Below, in pieces: positions 49,824 through 61,208 of a stretch of DNA of 64,000 nt. The position numbers and the translations under genes were made by a program. Source of the DNA: an uncultured candidate division Zixibacteria bacterium (GTDB lineage Bacteria; Zixibacteria; MSB-5A5; RBG-16-43-9). The notes under the pieces are model-generated. The model saw nothing but the letters and a program-made list of their open reading frames with translations. It did not search any database and was not told where the DNA came from. Location: contig OY970208.1 of NCBI GenBank assembly GCA_963713865.1, forward strand, positions 1,251,422 through 1,315,421, written 5' to 3'. Position 1 is the stretch's first letter; each line of letters begins with the position of its first letter.

Positions 49824-51803
49824 AAAAGATTAGGCTCATAATACTGATTTCGATTTTAATTCCATGCTGGTATTTTAATAGTATAGGATTTTACGGAACA
49901 TTCTACGATGGCACAGGTGCCAGGGATACTGTCTGGATGAATGTTGCCACTTTCGATACTTTAGGTCAGCAAACAAATGCGGATTCAGTTTGGTTTATTC
50001 GTCATTACAGGACTACAGCAATTGATACTGTGATTATGAGTACAGCTACTGCGGGGACTGGATACTATATTACTGGTAAAAGAGCTTTTGATGGCACTAA
50101 TTATGGTGATTATACGGTCAGGATTAGGTGGAAAAGCCAGACTAAATATTTTGGCAAAACTGAAAGCTATACTGTGTTCCCCAGCGATACTTCAAATATT
50201 AAAACGATGCTGACTAATAATTCTTTTGCCCAGATTGGCACGGATAAAATCTGGAGATTGAGAGGGCTGGCAATTAGAGGAACATCTGGAGATGATACCG
50301 CTTTTATAGCTCAAGGCTATGGCTACGGTATGGGTGTATTAGCAGGGGGTGGGTCAACTGGAGCAGATGGCTTCTATGCTTTAGGTGGTGGAACTGGTGC
50401 AGGGTTTCATTCAGTTGGTGGCTCTGGCGATGGAGCAGAAGGTATTTTTGCCGAAGGAACAGGGTTCTGGTCCGGGCATATATGGTCTTGGTGGAAACTC
50501 TGGTAGTGGATTACAGGTTATTGGTCAAGGTTCAGCTTCAGGAATAAGGGCTGATGGCGGATCAAGTGGTAATGGTATTACAGTAACAGGTTTTAGTTCA
50601 GGTTCTGGGATAAGAGCAGTAAAAGGTTCAACTGGATATGATATTTATGGTAATATACAAGGCAATCTATTGGGCTCAGTGAACTCAGTAACATCTGGAG
50701 TTACGGTTTCGACTAATAATGATAAAACCGATTATCAATTAGCGTCCGGGCAGGTTATTTCCAGGGCGGATTCGGTTACAGGCGTAGGGAGAATATCGTC
50801 AAATCTGGATAAAACTAACTATTCTCTAAATTCCAATTATCTAACTAAAGCGGATTCAGGTTCTACAGGTACAAGTTATCTGCGGGCAAAATATATCGAG
50901 GACAAAATCGGGTACCGACTATCGGCTCAAGGTCAGGCAGATATATGGATAAATGATACTACCGGTGAAAATTCAGGCTGGGCTGGATTTTTTAAAGGTA
51001 GATTGGATGCCGATGTTTCATCGAGATTTGCTCCTGGTGATTCAGGGATTATAGCCAGAGTTCCCTGGGATAACGATTTGATTGCTCAAGCTCAAAGGAG
51101 AATAAGATATGTTGATAGTTTAGGAGAAGAGTTATCAGGTGGTGGAAGTGCAGCTAATCCGGACACTATAGCTAATCATGTCTGGATCTGGGATAGCAGG
51201 ACTTTAACCTCAGGAGCAGGGGCTGGTACTAATCAGGTTGTCATAACCACAAAACAAAGCTCTGATTCAACTCCGATCGCCAGTGTTCAGATGCAGGTTT
51301 TAAATTATGAGCAGACCGCAACAGCCGGACTATTAACCACTAATCCATCTGGACAGGCAACTTTTGCTTTAGATAATGCTATTTACAAAGTGCGGATGTT
51401 TAAACCGGGCTGGCAATTTACTGTTCCAGAAAGTTTAGTTGTTTCCGGAAATAGTTCTGCAACTTTCTATGCATCAGTTTTTGATCCTGGTTTACCACCC
51501 TCAGCTGAGCTTTGTCGGGTTTATGGCTGGATTAAAGACCTTAAGGGCTTGCCAGTAGTTGGAGCGGTTATCGATGCTAAGATCGTATCAACTCCCTTAA
51601 GGTATCAATCGGTTTTAATCAGCCCTTATTATAGAACTACAAACACCGATAGCGAGGGATACTGGTATTTGGACCTGTATCCTAATTCTAAATTGAGCCC
51701 CTCCAGTACCCAGTATGATTTTACTATCTATATCCCTTACGGTACAATCCTAAAGTTAAAGAACACTGTTCCGGAACAGAGTAGCTGGGAATTAGGATGG
51801 TGA
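49820..51803 (+). CDS. Gly-rich fibre-like secreted or structural protein, +1 frameshift at ~50465
   Basis: Signal peptide, G.G.G..A.G repeats, C-terminal beta-sandwich-like domains (CRVYGWI, TDSEGYWYLDL); two track ORFs join. Confidence 0.55.
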
Positions 51804-51923
51804 TTCTTAAGATGTCATTGCGAGTCCGCCAAAGGCGAGACGAAGCAATCCGTTTAATAACTCATTGAGGAGATTGCTTCGTTGTCCCCGTAGGGGGACT
51901 TCTCGCAATGATATGATAAATGT

Positions 51924-52466
51924 ATGAGGATCTTTTTCTGGAGGGTCAAAGGGTATAGAAATATCTGGAGATTTAAAATTATGTGCTGGACAGTTTATAA
52001 AGACTTGAGAATGGATCCATTGAATCCAATTTCTGTTAAGACAAAGATTACTTCAGAGGAGGTGGATGCTTATCTCGTCTCCACTCCTCTCCGGGGAATA
52101 GGAAATGATTTAGTGCGGGTGGCTTCTAAGAACAAGGTTAATCCAATCTATATATTGGCTCATATTATACACGAAACCGGCTGGGGAGAATCAAAGATCT
52201 TTCTAGAAAAGAATAACCTATTCGGGTTTGGAGCTTGTGATAAAAACCCTTTAGCTCTGGCGATTAGTTTTGGTTCGGTCAAAGAATGTCTGGAAAAAGT
52301 GGTCAAATATATTGCCAGAGAGTATTTGAATGAAGGTGGAAAATTCTATGCTGGTTCAAATCTAATTGGGATGAACCGCCATTATGCCAAAGATAAGTCC
52401 TGGTGTTTTAAGATTACGGCTCTGATGAATCAGATCGAGGATTTTCTTTTTGAAAGAAGAAATTAA
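51924..52466 (+). CDS. GH73 glucosaminidase (endolysin-like)
   Basis: AHIIHETGWG, KNNLFG, YAKDKSW; no signal peptide; true start possibly 51981. Confidence 0.82.
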   Translation: MRIFFWRVKGYRNIWRFKIMCWTVYKDLRMDPLNPISVKTKITSEEVDAYLVSTPLRGIGNDLVRVASKNKVNPIYILAHIIHETGWGESKIFLEKNNLFGFGACDKNPLALAISFGSVKECLEKVVKYIAREYLNEGGKFYAGSNLIGMNRHYAKDKSWCFKITALMNQIEDFLFERRN

Positions 52467-52595
52467 AAAGTTAGATGCGAGAAAGGAGACAAGAAATTGG
52501 ATCGTAGTGCGGCCCTGCACCAGACGGTGCAAAGTCGCCAAATATAAAGGACAGAACAATGTTCTGTCCCTACAAATTATTTTACAGGAGGTGTT

Positions 52596-52958
52596 ATGCT
52601 AAATTTACCTAACCTCGCCACGGGCTACTGGCAACTGTTTTTTATCCCTCTCTCTATCTTCTCAACCGTGAGCGGCTGGATCTTATCCGGAGTCGGGACT
52701 TTAATCACCCTGATCGTTGCCTGGCTGGCCAAGGAATATCTTGTTCCTTATCTTTCCACCGAGAGGAAGAGGAAAATGGCAAGCTACATCCTTTTGATCG
52801 CCGATGAGGTAACGGATTATTTTCGGCTGAAATATCCGGAGGTTAAATGGACCGAGTGGCTGAATCAGGCGATTGATAAAATTATCGAGATCACTGGTAC
52901 TACAAAAGAAGTGGCTTCAAGAGCGGCACAGGCGGCCATAGCCAGGAAAATCAAATAA
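52596..52958 (+). CDS. holin-like membrane protein
   Basis: N-terminal TM segment(s) then amphipathic helices; next to the lysin; AGGAGG RBS. Confidence 0.55.
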   Translation: MLNLPNLATGYWQLFFIPLSIFSTVSGWILSGVGTLITLIVAWLAKEYLVPYLSTERKRKMASYILLIADEVTDYFRLKYPEVKWTEWLNQAIDKIIEITGTTKEVASRAAQAAIARKIK

Positions 52959-53021
52959 GAGAAAACGGTTTTCCTGATTGGTGAGCGAAAAAATAATATA
53001 GAGGCACGGTATGCCGTGCCT

Positions 53022-53522
53022 CTATGCACTCTTTTCTAGTTTCAACAGCCTTTTCTTAAGCTCAATCCCGCCTCCATATCCACCCAACCCTCCATCTGAT
53101 TTAATTATTCTGTGGCAGGGGACGAGTATAGATACGGGATTTGTGGCGCAGGCATTTCCCACTGCCCGGGCTTTTTTAGGACTGCCAACCATAGCAGCTA
53201 ATTTTTTATAACTGATGGTTTTTCCGAAAGGGACTTCCAGCATCTTCTTCCAGACCTTTTGTTGAAAAAGAGTGCCTGAGCTTAAATCTAACTTCTCGGT
53301 GAATCCAGCTTTTTTACCGGAGAGATACTGGTTGAGCTGTTTTCTCAAACTGGAGAATTTTGCTTCAGATTTGACCAGCTCGACATCCTTTTTCTTCTTT
53401 AACTCCTCAAAAAACCTGCCCCAGGTAGGTTGATGAAAAAGCAAATTATTTAATCCCTTATCAGTCCTGGTGACCAAAATTCTCCCTATCTTACTCTCCA
53501 GAACCGCATAATAAAGTTTCAT
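53022..53522 (-). CDS. ogt: methylated-DNA--protein-cysteine methyltransferase
   Basis: FQQKVW, ARAVGNA, PCHR active site, GGYGGG. Confidence 0.95.
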   Translation of the reverse strand: MKLYYAVLESKIGRILVTRTDKGLNNLLFHQPTWGRFFEELKKKKDVELVKSEAKFSSLRKQLNQYLSGKKAGFTEKLDLSSGTLFQQKVWKKMLEVPFGKTISYKKLAAMVGSPKKARAVGNACATNPVSILVPCHRIIKSDGGLGGYGGGIELKKRLLKLEKSA

Positions 53523-53630
53523 AAAACCTCCTCCTTAGTAGTGAGTGATCAGTGACCAGTTTTTAGATTTTTATTTTAAAGATCATTGAACCTTTGAACT
53601 TTTGTCCTCCTCAGGCGGATTGAACATTTT

Positions 53631-55460
53631 TTATTGTTTATGAAAATATTCATAAATCTTTTCCACTAATTTCCGGGGAATACTCTCCGTTTCCAGAAGC
53701 TCATTTAAACTTGCTTGTTTAATCCTTTCAACTGAACCAAATTTAGAAAGGAGAGCTTTTTTTCTGATTTTACCAATCCCTTCTATCTGGTCTAACTCTG
53801 AGGCTCTAACCTTTTTCTCCCTTAAAGTTTTATGATAGGAGATGGCAAATCTATGCGCCTCATCTCTGATTCTCTGTAATAATCTTAAAGAGGAGGAGCT
53901 TTTTGGAATCATAAGGGATGAAGTTCTTTCTGGCAAAAAGACCTCATCTAACCTCTTAGCCAGCCCGATAACATTTAAGTTCTTAATCCCTATCTCATTT
54001 CCTCTAGCTCCAAATTCGGATAAAACCTTTAAAGCAGAGGAGAGCTGTCCCTTACCTCCATCGATTAATACTAAATCTGGCAACTTCTTTTTCTCCTCTA
54101 AATTTCTAATGAAGTATCTTCTGACTACCTCCTCCATCATAGCATAATCATCCTGTCCTTGTACGGTTTTTATCTTGAACTTTCGATATTCTGATTTCTT
54201 AGGTCTGGCATCTTCAAAAAAGACTGAAGAGCCAACCGCATCGGTTGGTCCTAAATTGGAGATGTCAAATGCCACAATTTCCCTCGGAAAGTTTGGTAAA
54301 TATAAATCCTTTTTTAAAGCTACAATTGAAGATGGAATCGTTCTTTTTATCCTTTTCTTTTGAATCAAAAGCTCCATCAAGAGAAGCTGGGCATTCTGAG
54401 TTGCTAAATTTAATAAACTTACTTTCTCACCTTTTCTGGGTAAGATAAGCTCAACTTTTTTCTGGCCTTTCTCCTGAAGCCATTCCTGAATAATCTCCTT
54501 ATCCTCGATCTCAACCGGTATGAAAATCTCCTCCGGTATTATGGCCACATTCAAATAATATTGCTTTAAAAAAGAATTCAAAATCTCTGCATCCGGAACA
54601 TTTTTCCGGGCTTTTAAATAGAAATGCTGTCTGCCAATTAAAACCCCTTCTCTAACCTGAAGGGTTGCCATACAGATATCTGAACCATCCCGGGCATAAG
54701 CGATAATATCCCGGTCAATCTCCTCTTTTCCTACTATTTTCTGTTTCTGCATTATGCTTTCAATGGCTTTGAACTGGTCCCTGACCCTTACCGCCTCTTC
54801 AAACCTTTCCTCTTCAGCTAATCTATTCATCCTCTGTTTCAACTGCTTGATTAAAACTCTATTTTTACCGGATAAAAATAAAATGACGATATTAATTATT
54901 TCCCGGTATTCTTTTTCCGAGACCAGACCTTCACAGGGTCCCTGACACCTCTTAATCTGGTAATCCAGGCATAATCTTATCCTTCTCTTAGAAGGAAGCG
55001 CATAGTTACAACTTCTCACCGGGAAAAGCTTTCGCAGAAATCTTAAGGACTGCCTCATCCCTTTGACATTGGTATAAGGACCAAAATATTTTGCCTTGTC
55101 CTTCTTAGGTTTCCTGACCACCAGTATCCGGGGAAAAGGCTCATCCACCGTGACCTTGAGATAGGGGTATCTTTTATCATCTTTCAGATTAACATTATAG
55201 CGGGGCTTGTGTTCCTTGATCAGATTAGATTCCAAGATCAAAGCTTCCATTTCTGAATCAGTAACCATAACCTCGAAATCTTTTATTCTCGAAACCAGGG
55301 CCGAAGTCCGCGGATGTTCTACCCTGTTCTGGAAATAAGCTTTAACCCGGTTTTTCAAAGATTTAGCCTTCCCCACATAGATAATCTTCTCCTCTTTATC
55401 TTTAAAAAGATAAACTCCGGGCTGTGTGGGAAGATTTTCTAATTTTGCTTCAAGATTCAT
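53631..55460 (-). CDS. uvrC: excinuclease ABC subunit C
   Basis: GIY-YIG N-domain (PGVYLF..IYVGKAKSLKNRV), FDISN, DGGKGQ, RDEAHRFA, HhH. Confidence 0.97.
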   Translation of the reverse strand: MNLEAKLENLPTQPGVYLFKDKEEKIIYVGKAKSLKNRVKAYFQNRVEHPRTSALVSRIKDFEVMVTDSEMEALILESNLIKEHKPRYNVNLKDDKRYPYLKVTVDEPFPRILVVRKPKKDKAKYFGPYTNVKGMRQSLRFLRKLFPVRSCNYALPSKRRIRLCLDYQIKRCQGPCEGLVSEKEYREIINIVILFLSGKNRVLIKQLKQRMNRLAEEERFEEAVRVRDQFKAIESIMQKQKIVGKEEIDRDIIAYARDGSDICMATLQVREGVLIGRQHFYLKARKNVPDAEILNSFLKQYYLNVAIIPEEIFIPVEIEDKEIIQEWLQEKGQKKVELILPRKGEKVSLLNLATQNAQLLLMELLIQKKRIKRTIPSSIVALKKDLYLPNFPREIVAFDISNLGPTDAVGSSVFFEDARPKKSEYRKFKIKTVQGQDDYAMMEEVVRRYFIRNLEEKKKLPDLVLIDGGKGQLSSALKVLSEFGARGNEIGIKNLNVIGLAKRLDEVFLPERTSSLMIPKSSSSLRLLQRIRDEAHRFAISYHKTLREKKVRASELDQIEGIGKIRKKALLSKFGSVERIKQASLNELLETESIPRKLVEKIYEYFHKQ

Positions 55461-55807
55461 ACATACTCTATACGATTAATACCTGATTCTAATATATACC
55501 AACTCCTGCCAAGACTGTCAAATAAAAAAAAGATGCCCACTTTCTGTCATTACGAGGAGTCCCATACGGGGAGGACGAAGCAATCCACAGATGATGAAGT
55601 AAAAGTAAAGGGATTACATCACCCGTAGGGCCCACAATGACAACCGGAGCACTCATTGAGGCAGACCCCTATTTTTGCTCTGTTAAATCCTATAATCTCG
55701 ATAACCCACAAATAATTCCCCTTGTTTTTTTCCTTTTTTGAATTATTATATTACTGATTAGTTAAAATATTAAGGCAAACTTATAACCTTAAAAAAAAGG
55801 TAGAATT

Positions 55808-57784
55808 ATGAAAAGGTTTCTAAGGGTTTTCATCATTTGCGGACTTTTTTTAATTGCAGTTCCCGGTCTTATCTCCGCGGTTGACCTTTCCAGGGGTATA
55901 ATCCTCGACATTCCTCAGGAAAAAGCTGAATCACAATTCGGGAAAATCCCTCCATCTCAACTCACACCGCAGGACAGCAGCGCGATGGCTTCATTCCGTT
56001 TTACCGGCGATACGCTTAAGGTATTAGCCATTATGGTGGAATGGTCGAATCGAAGAGGCACATATTCCAGAGAGACTTTTGATAGTCTGCTTTTCTCCAG
56101 AAATGTCTATCCGGGCGGCTCTGTGGCTGATTATTGTTACGAAGTTTCTTATGGTAAATTAAATGTAGTGGGAGAGGTAAGAAACTGGTATAATGCCGGT
56201 CTTTATTCGGCCTATTATGATTTTGAAAAACTGTTTCCAATACTTGATCCGGTCATAGACTATTCCCAATTCGATGGTAACCAGGATGGAGATGTGGATG
56301 CGGTTATCTTCATCCGTTCCGGCAACGGGCAGGAGGATTCGCAGGATTGGAATGACATCTGGTCTTTTGCTATGGTCTATTCTCCCGGTTCAGGTTCAGG
56401 TCCCTACGATGGAATGCGCATGCCCAGGTGGAACACCTCTCCAGAGACCCAGCCCTTGCATAACCCTCTTTATCCACCGGGCTTTACAGGTGAGAATAGA
56501 TTAAATAAAATAAGAGTCTTCTGTCACGAATTAATGCATAATGTAGGTTTACCCGACCTGTATGATTATGATGACAAGCTGGTTATTTCAACTTTCAACA
56601 CACCGGATGACGACAATGACCATCCTTTAGTTGACTGGGATGTGATGGGATATTACGGTTATGGATATCTCTCCATCGGTTCGCAAATCCCTTCTCATCT
56701 TTGTGGATGGAATAAAAAAATAGCCGGATGGATTGAGCCGGTGGTAGTGGGTGGCGGAGCTCATAACCCTGTTATATTATATAATATCGAAACAACCGAG
56801 GATAGTTCCCTGTATATGATACCCATAAACCTGGCTGAAGGGGAATATTTTCTCTTAGAATACCGTAATCCTCGTTCCACAGCTAAGTTTGATAAAATAG
56901 ATTCTGACTTCAGCTGTTACCTCTGGCCCAATCTAAGTTATGGTGGAGATACCCTGGACCGGGGTCTTTTGATTACTCATGTTCACGATTCTTTAGGAGC
57001 TTATTTCTGGAGGATAAATGACGGAACGCCGGATTATTCACACTACACAGTAGCAGTGGAAGATGCAGGTTATAATCCAGCTAAAGATACCTCTTACAAT
57101 CCAGGAGGGCATGTTTCTGATAGTGCTCTCTGGTGGTACTCCTATGAGACCAGAAAATCAGCCCCTTTCTCCAGTTATGAACCCGGTCAGGAGATTTTCA
57201 GCCCCACTACCTACCCTAACAGTAATAGCTATTTTGGACCCACAGGTATAATTGTCAGAGTAGATTCCATAATTAACGACCGGCTCTTTGCTTATATCTA
57301 TGCTCCGATTCCACCTTTCACTTTAATTTCGCCTGAAGATAGTGTTTTTGTCCCTTATATAGTAAACTTCAACTGGACAGAACCCTACTCTGGGGATCAA
57401 CTCAGATATGATTTATATGTCAGCACTTCTCCTGCTTTTAACCTTGATTCCACAATTATCTACGATAGTCTTTTAAGCAGCCAGTTTACGGATACCCTGG
57501 AGATCGCAAGATATTACTGGAAAGTCAGGGCTTATGATAACTCTTTAGAAAAATGGTCCAACCAGACCTGGACTTTACTTTCTGCGATGTGGGGGGATGC
57601 TAATGGTGATAAAAAAGTTAGCGTTTCAGATGTAGTTTATCTGATAAACTATTTATTCAAAGGTGGACCTCCTCCTGTTCCTGAATTGTTAGTTGGAGAT
57701 GTTAATTGCGATGGTAAAATCTCGGTTAGCGATGTAGTTTATCTAATCAATTACCTTTTCAAAGGTGGACCACCACCCTGTTAA
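55808..57784 (+). CDS. M6 (immune inhibitor A-like) metalloprotease with dockerin-like C-terminus
   Basis: Signal peptide, HELMHNVGLPDLYD, WDVMG, EYFLLEYR, paired dockerin-like repeats. Confidence 0.88.
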   Translation: MKRFLRVFIICGLFLIAVPGLISAVDLSRGIILDIPQEKAESQFGKIPPSQLTPQDSSAMASFRFTGDTLKVLAIMVEWSNRRGTYSRETFDSLLFSRNVYPGGSVADYCYEVSYGKLNVVGEVRNWYNAGLYSAYYDFEKLFPILDPVIDYSQFDGNQDGDVDAVIFIRSGNGQEDSQDWNDIWSFAMVYSPGSGSGPYDGMRMPRWNTSPETQPLHNPLYPPGFTGENRLNKIRVFCHELMHNVGLPDLYDYDDKLVISTFNTPDDDNDHPLVDWDVMGYYGYGYLSIGSQIPSHLCGWNKKIAGWIEPVVVGGGAHNPVILYNIETTEDSSLYMIPINLAEGEYFLLEYRNPRSTAKFDKIDSDFSCYLWPNLSYGGDTLDRGLLITHVHDSLGAYFWRINDGTPDYSHYTVAVEDAGYNPAKDTSYNPGGHVSDSALWWYSYETRKSAPFSSYEPGQEIFSPTTYPNSNSYFGPTGIIVRVDSIINDRLFAYIYAPIPPFTLISPEDSVFVPYIVNFNWTEPYSGDQLRYDLYVSTSPAFNLDSTIIYDSLLSSQFTDTLEIARYYWKVRAYDNSLEKWSNQTWTLLSAMWGDANGDKKVSVSDVVYLINYLFKGGPPPVPELLVGDVNCDGKISVSDVVYLINYLFKGGPPPC

Positions 57785-57873
57785 AAACAGTTTGGAGTTT
57801 GTTCATTTGTAAGTTTGTTAGTTTGTTCGAGGTTTCTTCAAACTCCAAACGGACAAACGATCAAACTGTTTTC

Positions 57874-57946
57874 GCCACCGTAGCTCAGATGGCAGAGCAG
57901 CTGATTCGTAATCAGCCGGTCACCCGTTCGATTCGGGTCGGTGGCT
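57874..57946 (+). tRNA. tRNA-Thr(CGT)
   Basis: Cloverleaf GCCACCG...CTGAT-TCGTAA-TCAG...GTTCGATTC...CGGTGGC; CCA not encoded. Confidence 0.92.
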
Positions 57947-58211
57947 GTAAAAAACAGTGGTTAGTTGTCAGTGGTCAGTGGATGGTAGGGGTGACCCTCT
58001 GTGGTCGCCCATTTTTATTTCGTAGCGTTCCGGGTTTATCCCGGACGTTTTATTTTCGCTCGACACAAAGGTCGGATGTTACAAGTTCTATTTCTCCACC
58101 TTGAGGCAAGGTGGGGTTACCGGCTCACAGGAAAAAAAATATTTTAATAATCTTCAAATGAAACAATAAAAGATTAAGTATAATATATTGGTATAAAACA
58201 TAAAAAAACAC

Positions 58212-58240
58212 TTGACAAGGATAAGTCTAAATATTATAAT
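58212..58240 (+). promoter_or_regulatory. sigma70 promoter P1 of the rRNA operon
   Basis: Perfect TTGACA-17 bp-TATAAT with A-rich UP region; a second TTGACA at 58345 is a P2 candidate. Confidence 0.85.
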
Positions 58241-58430
58241 AGGTTTGCCGATAGATATAGAGGGAGCTAAAAAGCTGTCCTTCAGGCAAAAGGATAAAAG
58301 TTGAGAGGAAAAAAAGACTCTTTGAAAATTTGTAAAAATTTTCCTTGACAAATATCGCAGATAGTTTATATTTAATGTCTGCCTGAAAACGATATTTGAA
58401 GGCAGACATTTTTTTCGCTATTAAAAAGAC

Positions 58431-58443
58431 TGCTCTTTGAAAA
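58431..58443 (+). promoter_or_regulatory. rrn leader boxA antitermination element
   Basis: TGCTCTTTGAAAA; related TGTTCTTTGA copies at 60424 and 61583 in the spacer. Confidence 0.7.
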
Positions 58444-58530
58444 TTAAATAGCGTGCATAGGTTTTGAAGACGATGCGGGTCTTCGATTTCGAACAATAGA
58501 GCCCAAATTCGGGTTCGTTGTATGAGCTTT

Positions 58531-60083
<1,553 letters not shown>

Positions 60084-60249
60084 AAGGAGTAAAAACAGGT
60101 GCGTAAAAGATCGAACGCATTGTTCTTTTAGCTTATGCACGCTATCTTAATATTTTTTTATATATGGTGGCCTTTTTGACTTATCCGAGAGGCGGATCCT
60201 GAGGATAGGTTTACAGCAGAAGCTCAAGAAGGCTGTGAACCCTCGCTGT

Positions 60250-60326
<77 letters not shown>

Positions 60327-60429
60327 GAATAAAAAAATGTAAATGGTTCATAGTGGATAGTTAATGGTACAAAAAAATAAAAAACTATGAACTAATAACC
60401 ATTAACTATGAACTAATTGAGGTTGTTCT

Positions 60430-61098
60430 TTGAAATATGATTTCTATGACCGAGAGGAATATTACAAGCCTAAGCTTGCACTTAAAGTCAGAAATATTCT
60501 TCATAAAAGGCTTCTGAAAAATATTTCTCCACCGGAAGAGGTTCTGGAGATAGGGATAGGTTTTGGCGAATTTGCTCGCTTCTGCAGAGATAAAAAGATT
60601 AAATATTCAGGGATAGAACCTAACTTGAACCTGAGGGAAAAATTAAAAGGAGAAGGTTTTCAGGTTATGGATGGTTCTCTACCAGTTCTACCGGAGATGG
60701 AAAGAAAATATGATCTGGTTTTCCTGGGTCATATTATTGAACATCTAAAAGATTATACTGAAGTCCTTGAATCATTTGAAAATCTGAAGAAGGTTTTAAA
60801 GAATACGGGCTATATTATTCTTCTCTATCCAGAGGTGCCTAAGACTCGATGGTTGTTTTATCACGATTATACTCATTCTTATCCCACCTCGATTCGAAGG
60901 GTGGAGGATCTGTTGAAAGATTCCGGGTATAGGGTGATTGAGAGTCATAATTATGTGAGCTTTATCGTAAAAGGAGCCTGGTTATTTTATGTCCTGGGTA
61001 AGATTTTCCCTTATTTTTTGTTCGGTGAAAAAAAGAGATATTTCTGGCGGTTATCTTTTTCGATGAATTCTTTTACGGTAGCTCAATTAAAGGTATGA
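60430..61098 (+). CDS. class I SAM-dependent methyltransferase inside the rRNA spacer
   Basis: VLEIGIGFG motif I, GIEPN, YDLVFLGHIIEHL, HDYTHSY; TTG start after GAGG. Confidence 0.85.
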   Translation: MKYDFYDREEYYKPKLALKVRNILHKRLLKNISPPEEVLEIGIGFGEFARFCRDKKIKYSGIEPNLNLREKLKGEGFQVMDGSLPVLPEMERKYDLVFLGHIIEHLKDYTEVLESFENLKKVLKNTGYIILLYPEVPKTRWLFYHDYTHSYPTSIRRVEDLLKDSGYRVIESHNYVSFIVKGAWLFYVLGKIFPYFLFGEKKRYFWRLSFSMNSFTVAQLKV

Positions 61099-61120
61099 AA
61101 ATTACGTAAATGGATTTTAC

Positions 61121-61193
61121 GGGGATATAGCTCAACTGGGAGAGCGCCGCCTTTGCAAGGCGGAGGTTACCGGTTCGATCCCGGTTATCTCCA
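61121..61193 (+). tRNA. tRNA-Ala(TGC)
   Basis: GGGGATA...CCGCC-TTTGCAA-GGCGG...GTTCGATC...TATCTCCA. Confidence 0.93.
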
Positions 61194-61208
61194 GAAAATA
61201 TAAGAAGG

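Noticed and set aside
49820-51803. Programmed frameshift like phage tail-assembly chaperones
   Set aside because: No XXXYYYZ slippery heptamer; same GTTCTGG context as frameshifts in unrelated host genes
37858-52958. Intact inducible prophage
   Set aside because: No integrase, att pair, repressor, replication, terminase, portal or tail genes recognised; host genes and host REPs are interleaved
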